Shown here: positions 36,501 to 51,180 of the stretch, in pieces
Position numbering within the stretch: the first letter of the stretch is position 1
Layout of the letters: each line of letters begins with the position of its first letter
Origin: Selaginella moellendorffii
Lineage: Eukaryota; Plantae; Lycopodiophyta
Reading direction: 5' to 3'
DNA length: 64,000 bases
Assembly: GCF_000143415.4 (NCBI RefSeq)
Contig: NW_003314290.1
Coordinates: 797,586 to 861,585 of the forward strand
Program-made: the position numbers and the translations under genes
The notes under the pieces: generated by a model
What the model was told of the DNA's origin: nothing
What the model saw: the letters and a program-made list of their open reading frames with translations, nothing else
Database searches by the model: none

Positions 36501-39479
36501 CAAAGGCACTCACGTGCTCCTCAACCATACAAGTCGAAGAGCACTAAAGAGATGTAAAGCAAGTTGCACACAAGTTTTGGTGTGCTATTGAGAATTGCCC
36601 GGTGTTTGGAGCATTGAGCGAGAAGCAATATATGGGTTGAGCAAGGTAGTATGAGTAGCAACGTGTCAATATTCTTATTATAATAAATATATGTAGTACT
36701 AATTTCAATTGTAAAGCTACACAGGCCTCTAAGCAAAAAGAAGAGTCATGCATGTGTCTTTTCTTTCCTTAGGGATGCTGTAGGAGACTCCAAGTACACA
36801 CCAAGTTCAAGCAATGATGGATGTTTATAGAAACTCATGTGTGAGTGTATAGTGCAATACCAGTATTTGATGGAAATGGTGACTTTGAATGTTATTTTTG
36901 AACACAATATCACAGAGATGTATTAATTCTCCCATACCTTATCCATATGTATAAGTGTGGGGTTCTCAAACACCATTTTGTGGGATAATATCTTCTGTTG
37001 TAGCAGTACTATTAAACTATAGAATCTTGGATTAGATGCATGCAATTTCAATGTACCTTACCTTAAGTTGTGCTTGTTTGGCTGGAACTGTCAAGTAGAC
37101 ATGTGTGTAGCATAATATCCATGCCTTCTTGTGATCATGTCTAGATTTCAAGTGTTGATATGTTGACATAAAAACCTCAAGTATGCTATGAATATGCCAC
37201 TTGTTGCTTATATCAATAAGAAAGTGACACTCTATGGTAAGTAGCATAGTCTTGAAATAGGGTTATTGCATGCTACAATAGTACTAGGAATTGGTCAAAA
37301 CTTTTAAAATTCACTTTTAAAATTAACAAAAACTCAAAATTCTGCAGTTATTTTAATAAAAATTTATGATTTGGGTAATTTGAGTTAGTTTGTTATCACT
37401 TTTTTGTTTAGATCCAATACCATATCACCTTGCATTATATCTCCATAATCCAGAAGTGCTCAATTCATTGGGAACAAACACACTTATTCTCAAGAGGTAG
37501 TTTTACCTAGTTGTGCATGGATGAACAATATGAATTTTGCCCTCCCATGTCATTGAACTCCTCTACCCAATCATGCACCATATATACATTTGACCATTCT
37601 GTATTTCTCAATAGCATTTATATAGAGTGGGCCCTTGATCATTGTAACAACCATGCTTCTTATATAGTGAGTTTTTGCCATAGAAAAAAAAAGAATTATA
37701 AGTTGTTTAACAAGCCACCATCAATGATGTTATGTAAGTAAAGCCCCTGAGGCTCTAGCTTGTAGTGCTTTTCAAAAATCAATGACAATTATTTCATATA
37801 AAGAAATGTAAAAGATAACTCTTTTACTGTCTCAACATTGAATAGGATGCAAAGAATTAGTTCAAGTCTCCAATGTTGAACTCACTCGGGATAAATGTGA
37901 GTCAATACAGCTCTTAGTATGGCTACATCCCTTAGTTTTCCATCCATAAGAAATTTTGAAGTTCTCATGTTATAGAAGAATTTAACAAAGGAGTGATTCA
38001 ACCTTTTGCACACTTTTTATGGGATACATACAAATCTAGCCTATAGATAAATAGTGATGCAATTAACTTCTTTTCAAACCTATCTTATAGCCCTCCATCA
38101 ATTTGGCTTTAGTCTATACAAGAATCTTGTTGTTCATCATAAGCCTGCTTGCTTGTAAAGCTACTTTTGTGATTGCCCAATAGAAAATAGGAGAATGTAA
38201 GCAAGCCACAAATCACACAATCAGAGTGGCAAGCTAAACTCTAAACCCTCTGGCCACATGGCATCTAACAGGATATTGCACCCCAGATTTTAAATAATGC
38301 TACCACCTCAGCTGAATGTCCAAAAGATATTTTAAGAAATGATATACCAAAAGATTTAAAAATTGGATTTTCAAAGTTATGATTTCTAAAATTTATCTAA
38401 TCTTTGCATCCAACTTTCACATGTACAGAAATTGAAATGAAATGTAAAAATTGTTCTATGCTAAACCTCAGGCCTAGTGATTTAGGCCTACCAAACCTAA
38501 GCCTATATGCAGGTAAGTTCACATTGAACTTAATCTATTGTTATATAATCCACAATATTTTACTAGAAGGTAAATATAATAATTATAATAGTGTAGCATA
38601 TAGATTGTCTAATTGTGATCCATCAATTTTTGTATATAAATAAGGATCTATACCCTAATTAACAAATCTATATTATGAATGCATGGAATATGGAAATGGA
38701 ATACCAAAATATGCATATCAATTAGCCCAAAAACCCTAGCTTATAAGTGGTCTAAATGGAAACCAATCCGACGGCTACCAAAATCCCACTATGCTAATAT
38801 TAGTATATGGCATCACACTTGGACCTCACATCATCCCCTCTTCTCAGAATGATGGAAGATAGAGTTCTTTCGTGGACGGGCTGATATCTAGAGGGACATC
38901 AGGAGGTAGCATTGGTGGATCTATATGTAGTGCTAATTATTCCTGATCCCTTTGTACTAAGCATTTCAGCCACTACACATGCACAATTTTTAGAGGATCA
39001 ACCTGTTAGATGTCATGCCAAATCTCATAAACTTGCAGTTCAATTTGCCACAACACCTGATATGGTCCCTTCCATTAAGCAAAAAGCCTCTTAGCCAAAC
39101 CACATACCATAAGATTGAGAAAATAGACCAACACCAAGTCATCCACTTTATACTTTGTAGGTAGCAATGATGGAAATTGTAGCACTATTTTTTTCCTACT
39201 TGTATATGGCCCAGATGTTCAGTAGACTCTACTCGGATAAGTGGAAGAACATTCACCAAATACTGATCCTAAGACCTAGCATTGGCAACTCGTGGTAATC
39301 ATGAAAGTAAACCTCAACTCCACTAGTAGTATCAGATCATAACCATATAAGAGTTTATTTGGTGAAACATTAGTAAAACTCTACACTCTTTGTGATATAC
39401 ACATATTGAAGAGATGGTAAATAACTATCCTAATCCGAATACTAAAAGTTCACATATTTCACGATTATCCCTTTGAATG

Positions 39480-40065
39480 TTTGAATGAGCTGCTCTACTA
39501 AACCATTAGACTATGGATAATAAGCACTCAAAAAGTGTGGTGTATCCCCAACCAAGACATTAAAACGTGAAATGCCTCAGCCATAAATGCAGGATTATTA
39601 TTTGAAAGAATTTACTATAGATAACAATGTTAGAACACCATTTGATTGAGAAGGAAGTAATTAATAGTAGTGGCAAATGCACTAATAAGAGCACTAACTT
39701 CCACCCAATGAGTCAAGTAGTTAGAAGCAATAATCACATATTCATTACTAGCAATCGACCGTGGAAAAGGCCTGCTATAAAAAATAATTTTAGGAATATC
39801 TTCTTTGGCTATCGGTACTTGCCAATACCTAAAAGCAAGATTTAACTTAGTGAATTAATGACTTCTCCCTAGATAATCCAAGAGATCCATAATGTGAGGA
39901 AGAGGGTACACATCCGGGATCGTTACTTCATTTAACGGATGATAGTCAATGCAAAAATGAATACTCCCATCAAGCTATGTCACAAGATAAGGTTTACACA
40001 CCCAAGGACTCCACGACTTCCGAATAACACTCTTTTCTAACATCTCTTTAATGTTTGCATGTAAA
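39480..40065 (-). mobile_element. Highly degenerate Ty3/gypsy remnant (RT N-terminal half fused to integrase core)
   Basis: Manual translation gives IRKSWSPW...FCIDYHPLNEVTIPDVYPLPHI...YWQVPIAKEDIPK, then GPFPRS..NEYVIIASNYLTHWVE, with stops. Confidence 0.75.
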
Positions 40066-42148
40066 ATCTTAATCTAACGACAAATAAGAATCTTGCTTCA
40101 TAAGCCGGTCAACCATTATAATAGAAGAGTGATGGGAAGAAGAAACAAAGGAACAAGTAATAGAGAGATAAAAGTGATGGAAATAAAGGTAAAAGTAGCA
40201 TAACTAAGAGGAATAAAAGTGAGAGGAATGAAAACAATATAAAGAAGTATGAAATAAGGGGGAGATGCCTCAAAGTCACATTTGGCATGATTGTGCCGCA
40301 ATTAATTTATACTAAGGATGAGGTTAAAAGCTTGACTTGGCACAACTTGCAATGATTGCAACTCAAGCTTGAAATCGCTCACATATACAATTAAGTTTGT
40401 ATTATCCTATGCACATGTATGTGTATGGCTGTTGCCATACAAAATGAAAACTAGCTCTGCCACATGACACAAATATAGATGGTAACATATAGCAATAAAA
40501 GATAAACTTAAACCTATATCAACCAACATAGAGAGAATAATAAAAGACCTCTTGTTATAAAAATGAGCTTGGAAAGTAAACACTAGATGAATTACTACCA
40601 AGTGAACCCTTTGATAATACTCCTCGAGGAAAGATGGAACTGATATATTTGCACAAAGACCCTTCATTATTTATATGACTCTTCATTTCCTAGAAACATC
40701 TTAATGTCTAGATCTTCCACTACAGTAGCATTAATAGGACATTGTTGATGCCAAAATCTCTATCAAGGAAATAAAGGTTGCCAATCTGGAAAATCACCCT
40801 TGTCCTTGAATTCAGGCAGCAGTAGCATCAACTTCTATTGGAATAGAACCATTTCCCACAGAAAGTGGAACTAAAAAACATGTAACGAAAAGTGAAAAAG
40901 ACGATATCTCATAAAATTGTGATTAATGAAAAACATTGTCAAAGGTGGCTAGAGCAAGTGTATGCATAATTTTTATAAGATCTTAACAAAGTGCTAGCTA
41001 CAACATTCCTAACTTGATATATTCCAACATATTGGGCTTTGCATAAAGTAAGAGACTTTAGAAATGAATGCCAAATTGTATCATGAACTTAAATGGTTTT
41101 TAATGGAGGTGATACAATTGTTGAAAGGCATTATCACAATTGTCGGCATATCCAAATGCATGTTTAAAGATGTTCAGGAGAATGCTTCAATCCTCATGAG
41201 TGGCTGCACCCAAACCACTGTACTGTTGCAATGCCATCCCTTAGAGACACGTGGCAAACGCCAAACATCATCCCAAGAATGATATATAGTAATTACTGTG
41301 AAGTAATTGAACTAATAGTACACATCATCCCAAGATTTCCACGAAAGAACTTCAGCTAGACTCAAGGATTGACAACAAGAGCAGAAAGAGTTGTACCATG
41401 CGACATGAATACCACCATCAACTAAGTTTGACTATTCAATTGCAGTTGCATAATATTAAGCAATTGCACTAATTGTTGCTCCAAAGTCAAAGGAGGAGGA
41501 AGTTGCTACTCAATGAAAAGGATAAAAGCAAAAAAAAAAGAAATTGAAAAAGCTATAAGAAAAAGGAAATCTAAACAATGCAAAAGCTAGATCTAAAGTA
41601 GAGTCCCAAATCTAAACACTTGCAGGGACAATCAAAGTTGCTTTTCACCTCCACCAATATAAGTGTATAGAATATAGAAATGGAATATCAAAATGTTGGA
41701 GATGTTTGACCTCCAATAAAAACATAGCTAATGTACCTTGATATTTGGGATATTCTACTATCTAATGATTGTTATTCATTAAGATTAATCTTCTATTTAT
41801 AATTTATATATATATTTTCTAAAGGGCATCTTATGTTGATATGGTCTAAGACTACATCAGAATGAATATCATTTTTAATAATAAAGTAACTTAAGCAATT
41901 TCATGAAGAAAAGTACTTGCTGCCTTTTTTGTCATACACCTATAACATATACTCATAGTTTGTAAGTTCTTTGATTTTATCCTTTTATTATTTTTTTCCT
42001 TACAAATAAAAGGTTGTTGTTGATCGTTTGTGACCAAAGATTTTGTTCTCCTTGGCTTCTTATGTTCTCGTCCGTGGACCATACACTGTAGTCATAGTCT
42101 TCATCATAGTCTACAGATTTTCAAAGCAGAAAGAAAAATCTAAACAAG

Positions 42149-44118
42149 TTAGTCACAGCGCTTGATCATGAGCTGCATTCCCAACCCTGGCTTGAGGGTG
42201 ACGGAAGAAACCGGCGAGTGTTTGTAGCGGGGCGAGAGACCCAAGTGATAATGCTGGAGAATCATGGCTAAAATAAGCTTGGCCTCCATAATTGCGAAGG
42301 ACTGGCCCACACATATCCTGGGTCCTGAAGAGAAGGGGAGGAAATCGTATGTTTTGCAAGCCCTGGATACGCCCTGGCTGAACCGCTGTGGCCGGAACTC
42401 GTGAGCATCTTCGCCCCAGAGGTGCTTGTCCTGGTGAAGGGCCAGAATGGGGATCCAAAAGGTGGTGCCTTTGGGGACGTAGAGATCGCCCACGCAAGTG
42501 TCTTGGAGTGCTGCTCGGACTAGATTCGGGGCTGGAGGATACAGTCGCAGCGTTTCATTGATGATCATCCCCACCTGGTCATGGCAATTATCAACAATCA
42601 TGTGAACATTTTGGTGGGGATATGATATGGAGAGTTCTTTAGACTAGGTATACGTACCGTTTTCAGTTTTGCGAGCGTATCCGCGTTCACTACTCTATTT
42701 GACTCTTGGAGAACTTGTCTCGCCTCCTTGCGGGCGAGGTCTTGCCACTCCGGGTGCAAGCACAGCAGCATCATTGCCCAAGTCACAAGCATCAGCGTCG
42801 TCTCGTGCCCGACGAAGAAAAAAGTCTGGCACTCCTCGATCAGCTGCTGGATTGTGAACTTGAACTTGGATGATTGCACCTTATTGCCGGGATCCTCCTC
42901 GACTGCAGAGAGCATCAAAGCCAGTAGATCGGTGCCCAGTGACGGGCTCGAGAGGCGAGCCTTGATGAGATCCTGGAGCAAAGCTTGCATCTCCCTCTGG
43001 AGCTTGCGGATCTTTCTGTTCGTTCTCGTCGGGAGAAGCCTGGTAAGAAAAGCATTGAATCTACGTAAAACGCACGTAGGAAAAGGAAGGGAAGAAAGAG
43101 GAAAAAGAAAAAGAAAGAGTATGTAAAAGTATTGTATAGTACCTGCTTCCTGGGAGCCACAGATACTTATTGGATTGAACAAACAGCTTCTGGATGGATG
43201 TCAATGTGTGGAAGAGCTTGATCCCATCCGAATAGCTGCTCCCAAACGCCGTGGTAGCGATGATATCGGCTGTGACAACAGCCAGGTCGCGATAAGCATC
43301 CACCTCGCAGGGAGCTCCCCCGTTGAGCTCCAAGTGAGCATCCCATCTCCGGATGAGATTCTTGGTGCTCTCCAGCATAGAGGGTACCATTTCCTGCGAT
43401 CCAAATCTTTCAATCGTTCTTCTACCTTGGTAACTTTGGAAAGAAGTTTCGAAAGGAAAAAACGCGCGAGAGAAGAACTACGAACTTAGCAATCTCGATG
43501 ATACCTTGATCTTGTCCATCTTGAAAGCGCGGCAGACGATGGCGCGGCGATGAGCCCAGTCGCTGCCGTTCGCCATGATCAGGCCATTGCCCAGCAGCAC
43601 GGCTCCACCTTTTCGCTGCAGCGCTGATTTTCCAAAGTGTGCTGCTTTTGTGTACAGTATCTCCTTGATCATGTCGGGCCTTGTCACCGTGATTCTGGGC
43701 TCCGTCCCCCACCAAAACACAAATGTTCGTCCTGCAGGAATAGAAAAATCACTACAAGCACAAAACAAAAAGAGAGAAGAAAGAAGAATTGGAGGAGTAT
43801 CATGAATCATGACCGAGGTGCAAACTTACCGTAGAGCTTGGACCACTCCAAGTAGTATGGGCAGATTCTCTGGAGGAGATTATGGTCCCCAATTTCCATG
43901 GGCTGGTGGAAGGCTGTCTCCTTCATCCTCGTGATCTCGTCCATGTTTCCTACAAGGAATTTGGGACGAGGACCCTCCAGCCCCTGCATCCGCAGCAGCC
44001 GTCTCAGATGGACTGGCCGCCACAAAAACTCCGCCACTTTTTTTGCTCCCCAGGACAAGGCGGTCGCAGCCGCAGCGATGACGACGAGGAGAAGTGGCAG
44101 CAGCTGGAGCGGATCCAT
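42149..44118 (-). CDS. Cytochrome P450, CYP72 clan (CYP735/CYP715-like), 5 exons
   Basis: I-helix FFVGHETT, ETLRLYPP, FRPQRF, heme motif FSSGPRICVG, N-terminal membrane anchor. Confidence 0.93.
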
Positions 44119-46282
44119 GGACCGATCGTACATAGATTCTTTCTCTTTCTTTCCACTAAAGTGTGTTCTTCGCGGTTTGCAAGGAGCCAAGATCAATGAT
44201 GGTGATCATCTAGTGACTTGATGGAGTGAGAGCCAGCCAGGAAAGGTAAGTCATCCGGGACAAGATCAAACTTTGGGCAATCATATGTCGTTCAAGATCT
44301 GGAAAGAGAGGGATTTGATGCGCTGTGTACTACCGGGAGAAGAGAGGGGTGCGGAGAATTTCTAGTGCACGAGAATGGTGGAATCAATGCGACCTTTTCC
44401 CTCGAGAGGATCGAGAAAACGGAGGGAGTGAAGGGAGAGTAGTCAGATCTAGCAGAGCAAAACCATTAAGCGAGTACTCGAGAGTACTACAAACTGCCGC
44501 ACTTATATATGGAGAGAAACTACTGCGGCTTTTATATGTGCTCAGTTCCTGATTAGGAAAGTCACTCAAGTGAAACAGCAACAAATATTTAATCCCAAAA
44601 ATATGGAAAATTAGGCAAAAGAAAGAGATAAACCGCGAATTATAAGCGTAGAAATAAGAAACTCGGGAAACTCTACAAGGTATAGAGAGGCGGAATTTAG
44701 AATGAATGGATCCAAAGGAGAATGAATGAGTGATCAACTTTGGAAGGAAAACGTGTACGAAGGCGAGAAGGGGCAGCATTTACAAGGGCATGGACAAAAA
44801 AGAAAGGGGAGTGTTTGTTCTATGTCAAGAGTGTGTGTGTGTGTGTTTGTTTTGCTAGAAGGGGACGAGAGAAGCCAGAGCTTTCACAGCTCATAAGGAC
44901 TGCTTCTTCATAAATAGCCCCTGCCTGCCACAAAAGACTGAGTGAGAGGAGCGCCACCAAACGCTGCTACACGCGCATCCATCTCCATCCAAAACACCCA
45001 AGGGCCTGGGGTGTTAGATATTTTTTCGAGATCGATTGATCGATGGATGGATGGATGGAGTAATGATTTATCAAAACAGGTAGAAACAAAAATTTCTCTT
45101 ATGATGTCAATATAATTTTTTCGTGTTCGTGCTGGTATAGAAGAAGATCATGCACTGCTGAGATTGAGATTGTTGTTCTTAAAAGAGGAAATCGTTTTCT
45201 TTTTGCTTTTTCCTCTTTTTTTCCCCAAAGGCTAAAGGTCGCGTGATTTTTACTGCAGAGGTGGGGTGTTGACCTGTAAGAAACAAGCACTGCTCCTCAC
45301 TAGGGAGGACACACTTTGAATCATCACGAGCATCATATGCGTTGGAGAATCTAATTTGTCCACCACCACCACCCAAAAATCTTCCTGGGATCGACCATTT
45401 ACCCCTCCAGATTCATTCCTCACTGATCACTCGCCCACCTTTTTCTACAGCGAAAGTAAAAAAGAGCTTTTTCGTTGGCAGGCATGTAGAGTGATCCATC
45501 CAGGCCATACAGGCAAAGGTTCTATCAACCCATCGCGTGAAAGGTACCATTCCACCCCATCTATCTACGAAGCGTTCTCCATAGCCATACATTCGTGCAC
45601 CCTCTTCTCCGGGACCACTTTCGGGCTTGGAGGCTCTCCCGGCTCAAACGTTTTCTATGCATGGCCCTGACTTGTTCTAGTGTGTGTGTTGTCTGGGTGT
45701 TGCCATATAGCCTTTGGTAGCAAAGCGAACACATCCTTTCTCTATTTCTATCAGCAACCAACCATTCCTGTTCGTCGGTGCTCAACTGGAAAAATATTGA
45801 AGAATCGTCACTCCTCTCCTCTCCTTTCTCTCCTGCCAGTTTATTCCATTCAACTCCTCCGCTCGTTGAAGAGTCGTAGCCACAGTTGAAGCGTCACAAG
45901 AACACTGGAGGGCCTACAAGGAATTTATAGAAAATGGAAAAGAGGTCCAATGACAAAAGCGAGAGCCAGCAAACAAGGCATAGGAAACATAGGCAGGATT
46001 TGGCTGCCACCACTGCCAAAAGGCTCTTCTTCTTTCTCGCATCATAGTGAAAAGGACCGAAAACTTCCTCCCCCAGCAGTTTATTGCATGACGAGCAAAC
46101 TTCCAACCACATTTTAACTCTCTCAAAATACGAGCCTTTGCCCTTTTGGTTTGACGGTGATTTTCTTTAATGTGGGGTTTCTAGGGTTTAATGGATGATC
46201 GCGATTTGCAGGGCCATCGTGGGGATCGCTGACTGATTCTTTGCTTCGATCGAGCGAGCTCGCGTCGCCTTCAAATCTTTCC

Positions 46283-47307
46283 ATGGCGGGAGTTTGCATT
46301 TGCAGCGAGCTCTGGCGCCAGTCACACTCGCAAGACGCCGTGTCCACGCTGAGCGCGCTGCTCCAGGCCGCCTCTTATCGTCTCAGATTCTCTGCCATAG
46401 CTCCGGTAAGCTTTCCATCTCTATTTTCTTGCGTGTTCTTTTAGTCCTCTTTGTCTTGTAGTCTTGTAGTCTAGCTTATTTCATACTTTGGCTGGATGGC
46501 TCTAGGACTTTATTCTCAGCAACGCAGGAGTGTCCATCGCTTTTGTCGTGGTGGATGATGTTCACAAGGAGCTTGCATGCGAGGCCGAAAGGTGATCTAT
46601 CCGAGCTTTGCCTCGTCTAGGATTTGACTTTCATGTATCTACGCAGGATTCTAAAGATGAGAGGGACTTTCCAGAATTCCTATGTCATCGTCACACTCTC
46701 GTCCGAGGCTGACTACAGCGTGTTTTCGGAGTTCTACTTCAGGTGGCCTGCTACTATTTACAACTGTGTTTTCTAACTTTTGCTCATTTGCAGCCTTGGT
46801 TTCGATGGTGAAAAGCCAGCTTGTATTCCGGTACCGAGCAAGCATATGGCGCTGGAGAAAATGATCCGGATTGCTTTTGTTCACGCAGGTGGTGTCAATC
46901 CCGTCCTTTGCTTCTTGCTCTGACATCGTTTGAGCAGAATGCAAGCGCCAAGGCATCACTGGAATGGTTGATCTCGAGGTGCTTTGATAGGATTTATTTT
47001 TGTGTTTCTTTTTCCCACACTTTTCTGCAGAGAAAGCAGTTTGTTCAGTCCGAGGATGCGCGGATGGCTTGTGTCTCCTCTATTCCAAGGTTGGAGCTCC
47101 ATGACGCCCATTCAGTGAGTGCTTGGACCATAAGTTTTGTTTCTAGCTACTGCATCTCAGCTTGTGCAGGGAGTGGGATCTTTGGAAGCCATTTCAAGGT
47201 CGAGCCGGGAGTCTATAATGGAGACAACTGATCTTTCTGTGGACTCCGCAGAGTCTGTCATGAAGCTATTTAATGACAGGGTGTATGGAAGCACACCACT
47301 GCTTTGA
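46283..47307 (+). CDS. PTD: PARTING DANCERS (ERCC1-like meiotic crossover protein), multi-exon
   Basis: Spliced translation MAGVCICSELW...RLRFSAIAPDFILSNAGVSIAF...EKMIRIA...SIPRLELHDA..VGSLEAI...TDLS parallels plant PTD. Confidence 0.85.
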
Positions 47308-47499
47308 TCTGTGTAATTGTTGTTGGCTATTACTGTTCAGCGTATTTTCTATTTTAAATACTTGCTAGGCAACAAATGAAACAAAATTAACTAATTTGCC
47401 AAGTCTTTTATATGAAAGATTTTTAATCTAGGTTTTTGATCTTGGCACGGCTGGCGCGGAGGCGCTGGGATCGGGCCTGTATAGATCTCTTCCGGTGCA

Positions 47500-48364
47500 T
47501 GGGCGCGACGCGATCGTCCCCAGGATGAAGCGCGAGCGCTGGTTTTTGGTGGTGGGGGAGGGCAGACGTGCTTTCCCCGGCTGGGCTCCTGGCACAGGTT
47601 CAAACTGCCCGCGAATTTCCTCACCCGGAGGTATGTGGTGGATTACTCGCAGCGGCTCGCATGGGAACCAACAGCAAGCTCGATCTCATCCAGTGAGCGG
47701 ATGGAACCGGATCGCCAAGCAAAGCTTGCAGGACATCGATCATCTCCATGCTGGTGGACGAAAGAACCAAAGAGGTCATTATCAGCCGGAGACTATGAAC
47801 GAATCAAAGACAGATGGGGAGGTTTTCGATGGGGAGTACTGGAATAGACACCATGTTGAAGTCCCAGGGATCTTGGAGAGGACTAGACCCGTTTTGGCGA
47901 AACCAATACCACAGCTCAAGGCACAGAAGAACGGGGTGACATATTTTGTGGAGAAACTTGGCAACAATGACGCCCGGTTGATGAGCCTGGAGGTGGAGGC
48001 CAATGCTTGGAAGGAGGTTCTACTTCCAAAGAGAGACGAGTCCTGCTTTGACGAGTCCTGCTGAGAGGGAGATCGATATGGATCATTCATTCGATGGCTT
48101 TCGGGGCCTCGTGTGTGGTGGAGGAAGGATCATGCTTCTCGTGGGCGATGGACTCTATCAGCTGGAGGAGAGCTTGTGTTGGATCATGCCTATGGGGTGA
48201 CTGCTTGTGCCGGGTGTGGGGCTTTCTGCAAGCCCAGGGAGAGCTGCGATCTGAAACGAGCAAAGAAGAAGAAGGGTCTCGGGGATGATTGTCTGGTTGG
48301 GTATGATGTGGAGGAAAAGAGGGGGTTCCATATTAATGTGAAGAAAGGTCTTGCTAAGTCCTGA
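47500..48364 (+). pseudogene. Frameshifted F-box-associated/kelch-like beta-propeller remnant
   Basis: Fragments EVFDGEYW, NGVTYF, LMSLEVEANAWKEVLLP, LVCGGGRIMLL and LVGYDVEEK spread over different frames. Confidence 0.45.
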
Positions 48365-51180
48365 TATGATGGGTGGAATGAAACTGAATGTTTGTTTTGG
48401 GGGCATTTTGGCGTTAGAAGGCTTGAATGTTTAGTCAACTTTAGTCAGACTTCTTAGTTAATCACCTCATAATCCAACGGCTCCATTGTTTAAGCATTTA
48501 AGTTTCACTCCAATGTTGTTCCAACTCACTTTTCTTCTTAGTCCTGACATTGCATTCTAAAGCACACTCCATTGTACTGTTATGGTGTGCAATTTGTAGA
48601 TGCAGTTGTTTTAACATGTGTCAAAAAGCCATGTGCTTGCCCATAGGTCCAAAACTTTTTCCATGTGGGTGGAATCTACTAAGGATATTCTTTATCTAGA
48701 TGCCATTCCAATGGCCCCATCAATGCATAGGGCATAAAACTCCATCATAGCCATTCAATTTAATTTAACTTTGATGGGCTCGTATCATGTGAGTTCCCAC
48801 AAATGCTCATATTCTCACTTATGAAAAGGCTGAGGCAAAGAGTTGGTAGTTGGGACATGATGTTGCATTAACTACTCCTTTTATAAATAATGGTGTTATG
48901 ATGATGCATACCAATATAATGCAAATTGACTAAGTTTATGAAATCAGACTATAGTAACCATGTCTCTTTCTTCTCCTTACTGCAGTATTAACCACAGGTA
49001 AGTTACAAGGACTCAATCATGCAGAGTGGCAAGGCCAAAAAGGCTTGAAAGCATAATATAATATAAGCATAATAACAAAGCATCTCATTCTATATACATT
49101 GAAAGCCAAATTCTAACTGTAAGATACATTTTGCTTATAAGATAAAGCACAAATTCAAAGGCAAGGGTTTTGGGTGAGCAAGGATGGGGCAAAACTATCT
49201 AATATATGTAGTTTGGTGGGGGTTGTAGATTGGTATATTAAAAGATTGGAGTGTAGTGGCATCTTTGACATGCAAAACTTCTTCTCTTTGTTTTTATTGC
49301 ATTAATACTTCTTCAATCCTTCTTACACATGTTTTATGGATGTAGCGCACTTGAATTTGGAGCTAAACTCTAACCTTGTTACACTATAAAATAAAGATCC
49401 AATACAATCCCACGAGCACCAACTCCTTATATCCAACACCAACATGCAAAATAGTGTTAAGCAGTGTTTAACACAATTTTGGCATACCGGTGGCCTAACA
49501 TGAGGAGAAAGGTACCCTATTGACTAGAGTAGTATAGAGTTTAGGCTTAGACCCAAGTCGGATGTAAAACAAGGAGTGACACAACCTAGCGAGAGCTAAA
49601 CTAATGTTTCAGGTGGTCAAACATACATTCTAGCCACTATCTCTATTATATATTTGAAACCCCCTATATCCCCCCCTGAAGAACACATACTCACCCCAAA
49701 CCTCCTTTAATACCAAGAGTTAGTCTCTAGGACTAACTCGAAACTTATTAAATATGGAATCTAGATTGTGAATTTGGACATGGGATGAACATCATTGTGT
49801 TCAGGCTGATCTTTACATTTTGTAAATATGACAAATTAGCAAATCTAGACACTTTCCATAATTAGTTAATAGAACAAAACAAGACCAATATAAAGGGCAT
49901 GATAGCATGTAAATGATTAATTTTTCCATTTTACTTTAGTCATTTAACCACACCTCCGACTACTTGGAAGAGTCCCCTTCACAACCTCCATAAGTCCTAT
50001 TCCAGACTTAGGGCTTGCTATCCCTGAGAATGGCATCCATGCCCCTCAACTTTTACACTTGGTCCAAGTGTTCTACATGTCCGATCCCATAACTAACACC
50101 CCAATGTACCATTGACATATCAGCCTGTTACGCTAAGGCCATGCCCCTTCACCTTGGTTACACCGGCGGTCTAACACCACCTGCATCATAGTCCCGTCTC
50201 TCAAAGACTCGGCCATCCGTCCATGAGTGATCATCCCAGATCCACTCCTTATCATCCTTAGGATGCCTGCAGACATGAGGAATAGCCTTCCCCAATATCC
50301 TTTTTCCAGTCCCCACCAAGTCCCTTTCTGTCCATGACCGTGTTCGCCAACATTGCCACTAGATCAAGGCCCATAGGCCCGATCACTAAGTCCCATGGTT
50401 TTTTGGGATTTCCTCACCATACGACTATATCCTTGATCACTACACCAAAGGATTGCTCCTCTTCTTTTTCACAGTCTTGGCCTTTGGGATAACATTTCGG
50501 AACATTGTGGCTCTACACGAGCCTCGGGGGTACTCTCCTTGTCTTCCGCCTTTGGGTGCCCTAGCCATAGGCTTAGAACGAGGTTCTGTGGAGCCACACC
50601 AGGTATCAAAGTAGGTAATGCCACCCATGCTTAGACTGGGAGCATCAACCATTCAATCTCCCGGGGGAATTAAAGTTGGCTTTTAAACACTTCACTAAGC
50701 TACCCCACTTGTTGGTTCGTATTCACTCTAGTCTTGGACTTCCCAATGGTCAGCTCATCACCCAACACTTGGGTACAGCCTTCTTGGGCCAAACTGGCCT
50801 TTTCTGGCCAAATTAGTTCAACTGGGCTCCAACCCCCACACTCTCCCTACTATACTTTTGGAACCCCCTACAGCACCCCCCTTCCCCCTCCCCCCTGAGG
50901 GACGATCGCTTTGGGCTTTCACCCAACTGTTGGTATTAGTATTTGGACTTGGACTTGGACTTGGACTCGGACTTGGACTCAAACTCGGACTCGGACTCAA
51001 ACTTGGACTCAGTCTTGGTCTCGGTCTCGGTCTCGGTCTCAGTCCCATCTTGGACTCCATCTCGGACTCCATCTAGGGTCCATTTCGGACTCCATTTTGG
51101 GTCCACTCGGGTCTATCTCGAACTCCATCTCGGACTCCATCTTGGACTCCGTCTTGGACTCCATCTCAGGTCGATCTCAG

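Noticed and set aside
44900-46100. miRNA precursor in the P450-PTD intergenic region
   Set aside because: Only partial resemblance to known miRNA words (for example atgcactgc) and no convincing foldback.
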